Shown: positions 9,401-19,103, counted from the first letter of the stretch. The stretch is DNA of 59,631 nucleotides from a virus (IMGVR_UViG_3300042991_000725:1-59631), one strand, 5' to 3'. Notes: a model not told the origin generated them from the letters alone. A program made the numbers and translations.

Positions 9401-11289
9401 TATTTAATGAAGTCCTAAGAATGACTGATAAGAAAAAGCGTGATAAGCAACTAATGGAATTTTTCTCTTATAAGGCAGATGAATTGTTCGGAGCACGTGG
9501 CGAAAAGGTTGGGTTGAATCTTGGTGATGAGAAAACTCTTTTGGGTGCCGAAACCGGTGCGGCTGTTGCCTTAGAGTCTTTAAGAACGTCATTTATAAAA
9601 CAGGCAATGGTCTCTATTGGCGGATCAGCAGAGACTGCTATCAAACGCAGAGATATAGCTGACTTAGAAGAGGCTGCTCTTAAATTTGAAAATGCAGCTA
9701 AATCGCTAGATAGGTCTCTTGATGCGGAATCTTCATATTTAGATGCTATTTCAAATGCTATAGAGACTGCGTCTGATGAAGGGTTGCGCGACCTTTTTGC
9801 TAGAACACAAGAAGCTATGAATAGAACTTCTGGCATGACTGTAGAGCAAATAAACAATCAGATTGTGGCATTGCGCAATTATGATAGGTTTATTAGCAAA
9901 CCCGAGTCTATCGCCACGGGTGTGGATAAGTCAGTCATTACAGATTTTGGGAAATTAACTGGAGATCCGAGACTTTCTGATATTGTAGAAGTTATGAGTG
10001 CTATTAAATCAAACGCCTCGGATAATACCATAAAAGATTTGCTAGGTTATTTAGAAAAGGCGGGAGCTGAAGCTTCTAATTTGTTCTTTTATACGGATAA
10101 TGAGAAAGAAGCATTAACAACCAATGCCCAGCGTATGGAGTATATGGTAGAGCTGGCAAAGAGACTAACCGATGAAGCAAGAAAGAAGCTTGAAACAGAC
10201 AAATCTGTCTTGAAAACCAACGAGCTTAATAAGGCCGCAGAGTTTGAAAGAGCCAAAATACAAATAGAAATGAGGCAGACTATTGAGGGAACGGCTCAAG
10301 AAATAGACAGGTCTTTAGCGCAGCACAATCAGGCGCTTGAACAGGAGTATGAGCAAATTGCGTTAAAGCGTCAGTCTATTGAACTTGATAAACAGTCTAT
10401 AGGCATAAGGCGTGATTATGGAGAGATCGGCGACAATATTCTAAAGGCCGAGGCCGAAAGACAGAGTGCAATTCATGGACTTAATATAGCTCAAAAGAAT
10501 GCTGATCAAAACTCTAGGCAAGAGTTAGACAATATTCAGGCTAAGCTTGGTTTTGAAAATGAAGTTTTAAAAAATCTAAATAGACAAAAGCAGGCCATTG
10601 ATCCCGCTTTTGCCAGATTGCTCGATCCTGCAATCAATGCCAAGGGAGCTGAAATTGCAAAGCTGGAGGGAGAGAAGATTTTAGCTATTGAAAAACAAAA
10701 AGCTAATTTGGTACTAAATACAGGACGCATAATGCTTACTATTGAGCAGCATGCGCTTGCGATTGCAAAGGCTAGAGAAGAGAGCATGCACAAGATGATG
10801 AGTGAGGCCGAACAGTTTGCTGACATGTCCAATAAAGAACGTGCAGAAACTGTAAGGAATCTAAGATTTATTCAAGCATACACCAAAGCAACTCCAGAAC
10901 AAAAAAGATTATTGGTGGCTGGAGCTGCAGGCAAAGAAAAGTCACTATTGAGCACCATTAGGTCTTTTGGATCGGTTGTTCCCGGAGCCGGTGCCGCCGA
11001 GCTTCCTCTTGTTGAGAGGCTTGGTGGATTTAGGGCCGGAGAGTTGGCCAATAGAGCAGCTCAAAACGTAGAAGGGCTGCGCAATTCTGTTGGTAATGCC
11101 GTATCTAATGTTACGAACAATACGCCCACTGTCATCTTTAATGTCAATGGTGTAGAAAATCTGACAGGATATTTAAAAGCTGATATTCTTATTTCTTTAT
11201 TTAGGAATGCGGCAGATAATTTGCCTGTCGGAATGAAGGCTCCATTTATTAGCATTGCAGACGCTTTAAAAAATTCCACCACTCAGTAG
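6433..11289 (+). CDS. Tail tape measure protein (TP901-like core)
   Basis: 1618 aa, Ala/Gly/Lys-rich helical; core motifs FETEMLKVTKV, AEALRRGGSAA, GNALKSI, AGIHQYNVFNALL. Confidence 0.95.
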   Translation: MAFGGNILDMLIVGKADHQSFYSEGLRAGQTAQKGINKGMASAAGAADNSIVPMNKQYRDLAVGAKRAEDATMSFADSLKIVGRRLVIYTVAVQAINALTNSITASVGAMKEFETEMLKVTKVMSISKEEALSLGKEIMKSADDYAVSVGTASKAAQVWAQQGFSATETARLTAESLKLTKISTLDAAEATEVLTAIMQQFNIPVNKLSVSIDVMNEVADQFAVTEEDMAEALRRGGSAAVAAGVNFEQYLAMVTAAQEQTRLGGKIIGNALKSISAKVYRPKAIDVLEQIAEVQVSLGDGKLRPVFNILSDLASKWDEFTDIQRQNISNTVAGIHQYNVFNALLQNFAKTQEVLSAATGASGSAQRELNKVTTDLTSKWERLKNSLYEFAVSVGESGLLTIIKSMVDGLTALTKTITALDVDKLLLITSVGGLAVRFGGRFLAPVTKATPAAYGSLAPKQSGSFFQAVAFERSAMAKQGAHGNIYSATRGSSGISGVRKVSSYAGGNIIFNGAEHVSSAGGIVDAVTTRKLGLAKFDSAAAGKGADITSLIRTSDIQAAYKVVGIKKGILSALDDESMAVIKVNKQLQSYQKRITDGYSEIESLTKLAVKKEEQIASYQDRVAYIKSKPMRTFREESQIKEDMGRAITRKKELEAGNLRTAVLNKQIPILEQEQSSIKEKITNETVKNTQKRVKNEFRLAEKESVAANKAVTEQHKFEDQRIREQFKAAKMNASFMADRQVAVNRASVATLPYTPSPYSFQGMAYNATNRLDKSIGYRPSNTYSGRFERRFGSSVAGGLGGVGGFLGRHPMYGVGQLAGWTGRTAGNVVGGAASRVGSVLGRGAGAVGASAREFSKFNLRGGLNKLGIEGVGLRRQVSSPGLAIGGTIAAFTAAEKITDYANESAPELKVLGTAATAAATAFSLTLNPAIGLLAGAAVLAGDQIIKMIDKREKVDTTVYDVGKKKAKEIQIKRSKDIQEAIAGVTGGKVFNEVLRMTDKKKRDKQLMEFFSYKADELFGARGEKVGLNLGDEKTLLGAETGAAVALESLRTSFIKQAMVSIGGSAETAIKRRDIADLEEAALKFENAAKSLDRSLDAESSYLDAISNAIETASDEGLRDLFARTQEAMNRTSGMTVEQINNQIVALRNYDRFISKPESIATGVDKSVITDFGKLTGDPRLSDIVEVMSAIKSNASDNTIKDLLGYLEKAGAEASNLFFYTDNEKEALTTNAQRMEYMVELAKRLTDEARKKLETDKSVLKTNELNKAAEFERAKIQIEMRQTIEGTAQEIDRSLAQHNQALEQEYEQIALKRQSIELDKQSIGIRRDYGEIGDNILKAEAERQSAIHGLNIAQKNADQNSRQELDNIQAKLGFENEVLKNLNRQKQAIDPAFARLLDPAINAKGAEIAKLEGEKILAIEKQKANLVLNTGRIMLTIEQHALAIAKAREESMHKMMSEAEQFADMSNKERAETVRNLRFIQAYTKATPEQKRLLVAGAAGKEKSLLSTIRSFGSVVPGAGAAELPLVERLGGFRAGELANRAAQNVEGLRNSVGNAVSNVTNNTPTVIFNVNGVENLTGYLKADILISLFRNAADNLPVGMKAPFISIADALKNSTTQ

Positions 11290-11303
11290 GATAAGACCAC
11301 AAA

Positions 11304-11735
11304 ATGGCAACTGATATAGCAAAAGGTAATTTAACAGCTTGGTGGCGATTTGGAGAGAGCTCTTGGGACGGCACTCCGGCTCAAGTTCTTGATTTATCAG
11401 GTTATGGGAAACATGGTACAGCTGTAGGAAGTTTAACGACTATTAATTCTGGCAAAGTTGCTTCGTATTCTGCCGACTTCACTGATGCGACTACAAAATA
11501 TGTTGATAATTTAGCTGTTCATTTAGACACTTTATCATCCTGGACAGTGCATGCCAGCGGATTGTTTGAATTGGGAAGAGCTTTTTTAGGGACTCCTGTG
11601 AACGACTTAAATGGTCAAATAGATGAATTTAGAGTCCAGAAAGGGATAGCTGTTTGGACTTCAAATTTTGCTCCGCCGATTGGCGAGTACCATATTCCAG
11701 ACGTTTATGGAGAATCTGTTTATGGCTGGTTATAA
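11304..11735 (+). CDS. LamG/concanavalin-like domain virion protein (internally shortened)
   Basis: LTAWWRF...DLSGYGKHGT start and LNGQIDEFRVQKG...WTSNFAPP end are LamG-type; central strands seem to be missing. Confidence 0.7.
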   Translation: MATDIAKGNLTAWWRFGESSWDGTPAQVLDLSGYGKHGTAVGSLTTINSGKVASYSADFTDATTKYVDNLAVHLDTLSSWTVHASGLFELGRAFLGTPVNDLNGQIDEFRVQKGIAVWTSNFAPPIGEYHIPDVYGESVYGWL

Positions 11736-12357
11736 AACAGACAGTTTTTATGGATATGTTGGGACCAAAGAAGAGGTTGAATCAACCATTTATGGGTCCA
11801 GCCAAGGTGGAGAATACAAAAGTGACTCCATTTATGGTTATGCAAAAGGAGCATTATTAGAATCTTTCTATGGATTCACAAGAGCTAAAATAGAATCTAG
11901 TATTTATGGAGTGTTAGAGGGTAGCTCGTCTGCAGAAGTCAGTATTCATGCTCTCATCCCTTTAGTCGCCGAAGGCGTTGTTGTAGAGTCTTTGAACGGG
12001 AATATTTATGGATTCACTGGGTTAACATTGCCCGGTTCATCGGTTAAGATAGCGGGTGTGTATGGATACGCTGGCAGTATAGCGCAATCGGCATCGGAAC
12101 AAGTTTATGGTCATGCCAAGATGAATACACACTTGACAGACAGCGTTTATGGCATTGCTGAAGTTTCAACATACAGTGTTTCTGAAGGTATTTATGGTTA
12201 TACTATCAACTATATAGATTTAAATGAACAAGTTTATGGTGTAGCATTCAATGATCAAGAAAATGTTGTGTCTGTTTATGGATGGACTAGAGCTGGATTC
12301 CAATTATTAACAGATGAGTTCTGGGCATATACAAGGGGATATACCAATTTAAGGTAG
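11722..12357 (+). CDS. [S/Q/G]-[IVF]-Y-G repeat protein; possibly the frameshifted continuation of 11304..11735
   Basis: 12 xYG motifs at roughly 11-17 aa spacing; same motif begins in the last residues of the upstream ORF. Confidence 0.7.
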   Translation: MAGYKTDSFYGYVGTKEEVESTIYGSSQGGEYKSDSIYGYAKGALLESFYGFTRAKIESSIYGVLEGSSSAEVSIHALIPLVAEGVVVESLNGNIYGFTGLTLPGSSVKIAGVYGYAGSIAQSASEQVYGHAKMNTHLTDSVYGIAEVSTYSVSEGIYGYTINYIDLNEQVYGVAFNDQENVVSVYGWTRAGFQLLTDEFWAYTRGYTNLR

Positions 12358-12363
12358 AAAATT

Positions 12364-14019
12364 ATGGCTTACCAGCTTACATATAATTTGTCTAATATTC
12401 TAACTGCTGCTCAAATTAATGACATAGACGGTGGCACCACCACTTTTAAAGCCAATAAAGGATGGGTTTTTGATCCCACCCCTCTTATTACAATGGAAGA
12501 CACGTGGGAGCGTCAGCCCAACGAAGATAAAATAAGACGTAAAGTGACTATGACATTAAAGGGGACATTATTGAGCGTCGATGACAGCACAGAAGACGCC
12601 AATGGTCTTTCGAATGCTCCTAATTTAGAAAACATCTATTTAAAAAAGAAATTGTTGGTAAATGCTTTTGCTTATGACCGTGGTGAACTTACTCTTGAAA
12701 CGGTGGGGGGGGATGTAATATTTACTCATAAGCCAGTGATTAACAGCATTAGTTTTGAAGAAGGTGTATGGGTTAATAGAATTGATTTCACAATAGCACT
12801 TGAGGCCGAGTCTGATTATACAGACCAACGCATTTCTTCTGGCTCCGAATCAATCGACGTTACTTTTAATGCTGAGAATGACACACTGGAAGTGAATAGG
12901 ACAATTAGCGCCACCGGTATGGTTTATAGATATGGCAGTGACCCTGACGAGAAAATTGAGGCTGTTGATAATGCTAGAGTTTGGGTCTTGTCTAAGATAG
13001 ACGGAAGTGATATAGATGATGTTACGAATACAACCACCTTAAATACATTCTTGGCGAAGTATCGCAATACCACGCTGTCTGGCTCTGCATTATGGAACAC
13101 GGCGCATATACCGGACACTATTTTTCCGGATGCCGAATACTCTACCACCGTAGCAAATTCATTCAGTGAAAGTCGTGATGACTATGCTGGCACCTATCAG
13201 ATTCAGCTCAATTATGTCAAATGTAAAGTTAAGGCTATCGTTGAGGTTAATTATGACACGAACAAGGATTCTAAAGATCAGAAGACGGTAATAACTATAA
13301 ATGGAACAGTGGTAGGATTGGGTATTGATGGGGCTACAAAGTATACCAACGCAGTTATCGAGTATAACAAGCTTATTGGCGCGTCGAATCTAGAAGGCGG
13401 GACAATTTCTATTCCTGTCGATAACTTTCAGACTCCCAAAGATTTGTCTAAATACAACACAAGCAGCGGTAATACCGGATGGACATTACCTTCCAATTTG
13501 ACCAATGCGTCACTTACTAATTGGAGCAGGGGAATAGATGAGAAAAGGGGCACTATAACTTTTTCGTTCACTTTTGATGACAGTTACAAGATTTACAACA
13601 ACAAATACGCTGTAGACCAGTTTGATATAACTAGGCTAAATCCTGCAAGAAAGATCGCTATTATTGACATTCCTTACAGGCAGGCCGGCGCTGTCGTCCA
13701 GGATCTTAAAACGAAGAATATCAAGGAAATGTCCTTAAATATAACAGGCACGGTGCTTAAAATAGATATCAATGGCAACACGGTGGAATTTAATCCGACT
13801 GAGGCTATGTTTAACGACATTTTACTTAGTGTTATTGAGGGTGGACTATTTTCTTCATCTTATCAGAACCAATTAAAAGCCGACCTTATTACGAATGTCA
13901 GCAATGCAAACAATTTGAGTTCGATACTGTCTACTACTACGCTGACTGATGACACGCATGGTTTCGATCCTATTAGAAGGACATTTTCTATAAATCGGAC
14001 CTACAAATATAACGGATAG
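12364..14019 (+). CDS. Putative distal tail/tail-tip protein
   Basis: 551 aa beta-rich, Thr/Asn-rich, downstream of TMP. Confidence 0.5.
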   Translation: MAYQLTYNLSNILTAAQINDIDGGTTTFKANKGWVFDPTPLITMEDTWERQPNEDKIRRKVTMTLKGTLLSVDDSTEDANGLSNAPNLENIYLKKKLLVNAFAYDRGELTLETVGGDVIFTHKPVINSISFEEGVWVNRIDFTIALEAESDYTDQRISSGSESIDVTFNAENDTLEVNRTISATGMVYRYGSDPDEKIEAVDNARVWVLSKIDGSDIDDVTNTTTLNTFLAKYRNTTLSGSALWNTAHIPDTIFPDAEYSTTVANSFSESRDDYAGTYQIQLNYVKCKVKAIVEVNYDTNKDSKDQKTVITINGTVVGLGIDGATKYTNAVIEYNKLIGASNLEGGTISIPVDNFQTPKDLSKYNTSSGNTGWTLPSNLTNASLTNWSRGIDEKRGTITFSFTFDDSYKIYNNKYAVDQFDITRLNPARKIAIIDIPYRQAGAVVQDLKTKNIKEMSLNITGTVLKIDINGNTVEFNPTEAMFNDILLSVIEGGLFSSSYQNQLKADLITNVSNANNLSSILSTTTLTDDTHGFDPIRRTFSINRTYKYNG

Positions 14020-14055
14020 GAAAATAGTCTTAGTTATTGGCACAGCAGTGTTTTC

Positions 14056-14067
14056 GGTGTATATTAG
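14056..14067 (+). promoter_or_regulatory. Candidate late promoter motif GGTGTATATTAG (second copy)
   Basis: Exact repeat of 3058..3069 in an intergenic gap upstream of structural genes. Confidence 0.5.
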
Positions 14068-14151
14068 TACAGGGAGATTGTGTAGGACGGTTCTGTATTT
14101 TGTGGACGTAGATTTATGTAAATTGTTGATTGGTAGGTATATAGATGAATC

Positions 14152-14289
14152 ATGCTTAAGAGAACTTATTTAACCGAAGAACAAATAGTAGATATTAAGG
14201 ATTTACTTAACAATGATTTTGTTACTTCCGCTTATGTTATTGATAAATATAAGGCGATATTAAAAAAGTCAAAGAAAATTAAATTTTGA
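14152..14289 (+). CDS. Small hypothetical protein (45 aa)
   Basis: Manually translated MLKRTYLTEEQIVDIKDLL...; fills intergenic gap. Confidence 0.4.
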   Translation: MLKRTYLTEEQIVDIKDLLNNDFVTSAYVIDKYKAILKKSKKIKF

Positions 14290-14295
14290 ATTTCG

Positions 14296-14916
14296 ATGGA
14301 GGGATATATGAGCAGCTTAGTATTTTGTCATCCGGCCCATCTAGTTGAGGGTGATGAGTATCCGGTTATAAGTGCCGCAGGCTCCGGAACATTCGCGTGC
14401 CTTGCGAGTTTTGGAGCCGGAGGTTTTGGGTTTTCAATTGCAGTGAATTCGTACCAAGATAACAACTACGTTTCGTCAGCAGATGGGCAGACAGAATATC
14501 CGGGAGGAGCCGCGTCTGGCGCTTTGCCTAATTTGAAATATGACGATGCTACTCACGCTTACGTAGCTAATGAATCGTCTGGGACGTTGTTGCAAAGTAT
14601 TGCTGTAGGCGAAGCCACTCTTAAAATTATTGCTGACGGTTTCGGCGCATCTGTTCTCACACAAAATGTTTCACTCCGAGCTTCTGATCGCACCAGTTCC
14701 AATAATGATCCGTCCGGTATTACTGTTCAAGCATTTGAAATTATAGACGGCGGCACTGGTGATACTTCTTGGACGAATATCCATGGCACTACAGACCTTG
14801 ATTTTGCCGATCAAACAGCAGCATCTTCGCACAATTTTTATATGGGGATAAGTGTGCGCCCGGTCAGTCTCGGCTCGAAGGAATATCTATATACTTTTGC
14901 TTTGGAAGCGATTTGA
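14296..14916 (+). CDS. Putative virion structural protein
   Basis: Gly/Ser/Ala-rich beta protein in tail module. Confidence 0.55.
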   Translation: MEGYMSSLVFCHPAHLVEGDEYPVISAAGSGTFACLASFGAGGFGFSIAVNSYQDNNYVSSADGQTEYPGGAASGALPNLKYDDATHAYVANESSGTLLQSIAVGEATLKIIADGFGASVLTQNVSLRASDRTSSNNDPSGITVQAFEIIDGGTGDTSWTNIHGTTDLDFADQTAASSHNFYMGISVRPVSLGSKEYLYTFALEAI

Positions 14917-14966
14917 CGAGCCCTTGTCCATCAACAAGTTGCGCAAACAACAGGAGATTATAAAAG

Positions 14967-15173
14967 ATGAAAAAACTCAAAGTAGTTATTGGTAATTGGT
15001 CCAAGCGTTTAGTCGGCGAAGCTGTTTCTAGCAAAAAGACGGTAGTTGCTGCCACAGGCATTTATTTTATGGCGGCTCTCTACCCGATTCTCGCTTTCAG
15101 TTTGATTGTTGTCTGGATGGTTTGTCAAACTCTTGTTGATATTGCGAAAATGAAGTATGGACAAGATCAGTAA
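14967..15173 (+). CDS. Small membrane protein, holin-like
   Basis: 68 aa; basic N-terminus, SKKTVVA motif, two hydrophobic segments, charged C-terminus. Confidence 0.45.
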   Translation: MKKLKVVIGNWSKRLVGEAVSSKKTVVAATGIYFMAALYPILAFSLIVVWMVCQTLVDIAKMKYGQDQ

Positions 15174-15345
15174 AGTCTTAGATATAGCAGTTGATAGGAT
15201 GATAAAAGAAGAGGCATTTTTGTTTGGTTTTATTCATGAGTTAAATGTGCATGGCGTAGTCAGGAAGGAGAAAAAAGATGGCAGAAAAGAATTACGAAAA
15301 ATTATTAAAACTACAGAAACTGGTGACAGAAAGACCTACGCATGA
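15157..15345 (+). CDS. Hypothetical protein
   Basis: Short ORF overlapping both neighbours. Confidence 0.4.
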   Translation: MDKISKVLDIAVDRMIKEEAFLFGFIHELNVHGVVRKEKKDGRKELRKIIKTTETGDRKTYA

Positions 15346-15715
15346 TACGTATTGGGAAGTTAAACTTAAGTCTGGTCATCAAGTTTTTGATTATATAGAT
15401 TCAAAAGAAAAAGCGGCTTGGCTTAGGCTCGCAGATTACATTAAAAACAGCGGCGATTCCATAGTTGGGATGAGCTTTCGGTTAAAAAAGAAAGTGACAA
15501 CCCTCCCGGATAATGGTGCCGCTTATTTTTTTATTAACAAGCTCATATCTCCTGGCCTAAAAAATACCTTCCATTTTTATGGTGTCGGGTCAACAAAAGA
15601 TAGAGATTTCCTTCGTATTATGATAACGTTTGTTTGCGAGAACGGTTCGTCATATAGGGAAAATAGAGCAAGGGAAAAATGCGGTTTCGGTCTTATTTTC
15701 AACCCGGTGGAGTAA
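15278..15715 (+). CDS. Hypothetical protein
   Basis: SD AGGAG; 145 aa ORF. Confidence 0.7.
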   Translation: MAEKNYEKLLKLQKLVTERPTHDTYWEVKLKSGHQVFDYIDSKEKAAWLRLADYIKNSGDSIVGMSFRLKKKVTTLPDNGAAYFFINKLISPGLKNTFHFYGVGSTKDRDFLRIMITFVCENGSSYRENRAREKCGFGLIFNPVE

Positions 15716-15718
15716 AAT

Positions 15719-18700
15719 ATGGCTGTCCCTACCAAATACAATCTTGATAGCACAGGGCATTTGTGGGGCAACTCTAATGTCGGGGCTATCGATATGAGTC
15801 TTGGTCTCAATAGTACTCCAAGCTCTATTAATATCACTTTGTATGATAGCGATAAGGCTGGCGAGGTTTTTGAAAAACCATCTGCGGGTTCTAATGTTTC
15901 CTTAAAATGGAATGGCCTTACTTTTTATGGAATGCTTACAGACTACCAAAAAAGCACTGGTATGGGCGGCATGCCATATAAGGTTATTCTCAATGACGCT
16001 CGTGAATTGATGCGACACATCGTTCTTGTCCTTGAGCAAAATGGCAACATGTTTCTAAAGGAATCTATACGCACAGCTGTTTCTGAGCAGCTCGTCAAGT
16101 CTTACGATCCCGCGAGTGAAGACTATGAGAATGAGCTTAATTCCATTACAGAGGAATTTGAAGAATTGTTCCCCGGAATATCGTTCGATTCTTATCCTTT
16201 ACAGCTGGTTTATGTAGGAAGTAAGTGGTGGAATAAAATTAAAGCTAAAATTAACAACATGACTGTTTATGTTAATCAGACACCACTCAAGTTTATTTTG
16301 TCTGATGAAGACTGGCCGTCTACTTTGATTTATGATTATTTTGAAATAAACTCGCCGTCTATTACTTTGTGCGACTTATTTGACGATTTATCTAGGCGTT
16401 GTGGGTTTGATTGGTATATAGACAGTTCTGTAGATTATGTCGCTGGAACAGCCATACCTATTAGAAATATTGACAGAAGGCAGGCTCCTACACAACTTAC
16501 ATACACAACTTCGTCTGGAGGCATCGTTGTATCACCGAGCCCTGCCGTTACTGGTAGTATCGAATCTTTTGATGAAGGTGAGACATTTATCAATGAAGGC
16601 ACCGGCATGGTATTATTTGGTGGTAGACAGCGCAACATTTCTAAATTAATATTGAAGGGCCATTTGTATGACATATTGACTCCGGGCGGCGTAGGTGGTA
16701 TTTATGCTGATAGTCAAGTCGGGGTTTCGGCATTGCTCGCACTGCCGGGAGTCAAAATGGTGCTTGAGGAAGAAAATCATAAGGCGGTTAGAGCACTATT
16801 AGCGAAATTTGCAGTCAATCTGTCTTATCTTACGGACACAGATGCTGACTCGTATGATAATTTAAAAGGGTTTTATTTACCCAGCATGGCCGAATTGCAG
16901 GCCGCGTTATCTTCGGAGAATACGTGGGTCCAATATGTGATATCACATAGTGCTGCGTTCCAGGCCGCCTTCCCTACCGCCTATTTTCTGTATCAAAAAA
17001 CTGGATGTGCCACATTAACTTTGGCAGTAGCCCTCAAGAGGATTAACAGAAGCATTATGCCAGTGACACATTCATATAAGCAGCATGGCATAATGAATGA
17101 GGATGAAAAAACATTATATCCCGGTTACAAATATTGGATTTTATATTTCGATAAGGATTTGAATCAAACCACGCTTTATAAGGCTGAAAATAATCCGGGA
17201 GCATCCAGTAAAATTCAATACACCGACTATACACTACCCACAGACGCTGTTGTTATTGGTTCGGCGGCAGGCTATTATCCATTTAAAGATTTAGCTAAGG
17301 CAGAAGGCAGATTATTGCTCACTGACGCACAAGTCAATTTACTTGAACATAGGGATATGCCGTTCCTTTCTCTTATTTGTGATGAAGTTCGTAGTCTTGC
17401 TGAACAATATGCGGAAACGGCATTTGCTATTGACCCAAGCGAGTCCAGCGTAATGGGTCTTGGCATGGAAACATTCTTTAATGGTGATTTTCTCGGCTCC
17501 ACAATGTATACAAAACCAGCATCTGTCACTATGAGACCGGCGGTGCAAAATAAAAAGCTGATTAGGGATTCTGGTTGGTGGAGAAAGAATGCGGTGAGTT
17601 CAGATTATAATATGACAGGGAATACTATTGAATGGTTGCATTTTTCAGAGCCTACAGACAGCAATACATATAGTCCAGATTTGAATAATCGTATTTGTCA
17701 ATATTTTGAAGATAGTTCTGGTATGTTGCCATCATTAGCTGTTCATAAGGATGTTGATCTCGGAGCTATAGAAGAGGTGCAGTCGGACGTCCAATATATA
17801 CACAATATTAACACAGAGCGTAGCGTTGCGTATAAGGCATATGAATTTGATACTATTGCGGTTCCGAACGATGTCAAGGCTCAATTTTTCGATTGGGATC
17901 GTAATTTTATGTTTATTGGTGAGGTCGGGTCTAATTCTGTCGAAAGAAACAAGCGTACTGTTTATTGGATAGGTCAGAAAAAGAGTATTGGAGATATCGC
18001 AGAAAGTCAGTACCAAATTCATTCGTCAATGTCAGAGTCTGTTATTTACTCTTTTGATCTTAATAGCGAGAGCCCGGAGTGGGTATTTGTTAAGGATTTT
18101 GAGGCATCTGTGGCTAAAATGACTCTTTCTCAAATCAATCAACTTGTAAAGATACAGGGCAAATTTTCTAGGCCCGACAAAGGAGCATTGACTGAGGCGC
18201 AAGTCACTTTTTATGGCGATATATATTGTAGAGCGTCTGTGGCTGCTCCATTCTTTATCCTTCTTGTAGACAAGCCTGTTACTCCAAAGTCCAATGTTTC
18301 TAATATGAAATATGCCGATTTGTTTGCAATAGCCGCCGGGCTTGACGCAGGAGATATTGCCAACGTATTAACAAAGAGAGGGCGTATTGATGACAGGGTC
18401 GTTATGGATGCGGCCAATATAGACAAGCAGAGAAAATTGGCAGACACAGAATTAATGAGTGTACTCGCGGAGATGTGCAAGGGTGTAGATAAATCGCTTG
18501 TCCCAGACTATATATATCTTCCTGTTGAGCTGCCGACAAAATATGGCCCATATGTAACTACAGGACTTGGCACGCAGCCCAATGGCACCGTAGATTATGT
18601 GGCTGACGATAGCTTTGTTCCGGATAATTACGGCAGTGAAACGGCCCTTAGTATAATTATGAAGGAAAAGGCCGACTCCGTGGCATTTCAAGATAAGATT

Positions 18701-19102
18701 CAATATTCATATACTATCAAAGTCGCCGGTACTCCCGAACTTAGTCTGGGTGCCAAATTTGCGAATAATGCGCTCAATTCAAACATCACTGGCATGAGCG
18801 TCAGTGTCGGTGAAGATGGCTGGCGGACCACATACACTATTGAGAGCAGGAAGCGTCAACATAGCGCATTCAGTGATTCGACTGTAGAAAAAGCAAATGT
18901 TATTAGTGGTTTGTTGACAGACGCCGAACGTCAGGTCGCGCAGATGAAGACACTGAAAGAATTTAATCGTGTCAAGCAACGCATTCAGCAAAATGACGCA
19001 ATGAATCGAGTGCGTGAGGAAGATAAGAGGCAACAGTTTATTGATAAATTATTCAAGATCAAAAATGGGTTTACTGCCAAAAACATTCAAATAGAGGCTT
19101 AA
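15719..19102 (+). CDS. Large tail-tip/hub (Tal-like) protein
   Basis: 1127 aa; hub-like N-terminus (L+DLFDDLSRRCGFDWYID) and C-terminal ITGMSVSVGEDGWRTTYT plus coiled coil. Confidence 0.6.
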   Translation: MAVPTKYNLDSTGHLWGNSNVGAIDMSLGLNSTPSSINITLYDSDKAGEVFEKPSAGSNVSLKWNGLTFYGMLTDYQKSTGMGGMPYKVILNDARELMRHIVLVLEQNGNMFLKESIRTAVSEQLVKSYDPASEDYENELNSITEEFEELFPGISFDSYPLQLVYVGSKWWNKIKAKINNMTVYVNQTPLKFILSDEDWPSTLIYDYFEINSPSITLCDLFDDLSRRCGFDWYIDSSVDYVAGTAIPIRNIDRRQAPTQLTYTTSSGGIVVSPSPAVTGSIESFDEGETFINEGTGMVLFGGRQRNISKLILKGHLYDILTPGGVGGIYADSQVGVSALLALPGVKMVLEEENHKAVRALLAKFAVNLSYLTDTDADSYDNLKGFYLPSMAELQAALSSENTWVQYVISHSAAFQAAFPTAYFLYQKTGCATLTLAVALKRINRSIMPVTHSYKQHGIMNEDEKTLYPGYKYWILYFDKDLNQTTLYKAENNPGASSKIQYTDYTLPTDAVVIGSAAGYYPFKDLAKAEGRLLLTDAQVNLLEHRDMPFLSLICDEVRSLAEQYAETAFAIDPSESSVMGLGMETFFNGDFLGSTMYTKPASVTMRPAVQNKKLIRDSGWWRKNAVSSDYNMTGNTIEWLHFSEPTDSNTYSPDLNNRICQYFEDSSGMLPSLAVHKDVDLGAIEEVQSDVQYIHNINTERSVAYKAYEFDTIAVPNDVKAQFFDWDRNFMFIGEVGSNSVERNKRTVYWIGQKKSIGDIAESQYQIHSSMSESVIYSFDLNSESPEWVFVKDFEASVAKMTLSQINQLVKIQGKFSRPDKGALTEAQVTFYGDIYCRASVAAPFFILLVDKPVTPKSNVSNMKYADLFAIAAGLDAGDIANVLTKRGRIDDRVVMDAANIDKQRKLADTELMSVLAEMCKGVDKSLVPDYIYLPVELPTKYGPYVTTGLGTQPNGTVDYVADDSFVPDNYGSETALSIIMKEKADSVAFQDKIQYSYTIKVAGTPELSLGAKFANNALNSNITGMSVSVGEDGWRTTYTIESRKRQHSAFSDSTVEKANVISGLLTDAERQVAQMKTLKEFNRVKQRIQQNDAMNRVREEDKRQQFIDKLFKIKNGFTAKNIQIEA

Positions 19103-19103
19103 T

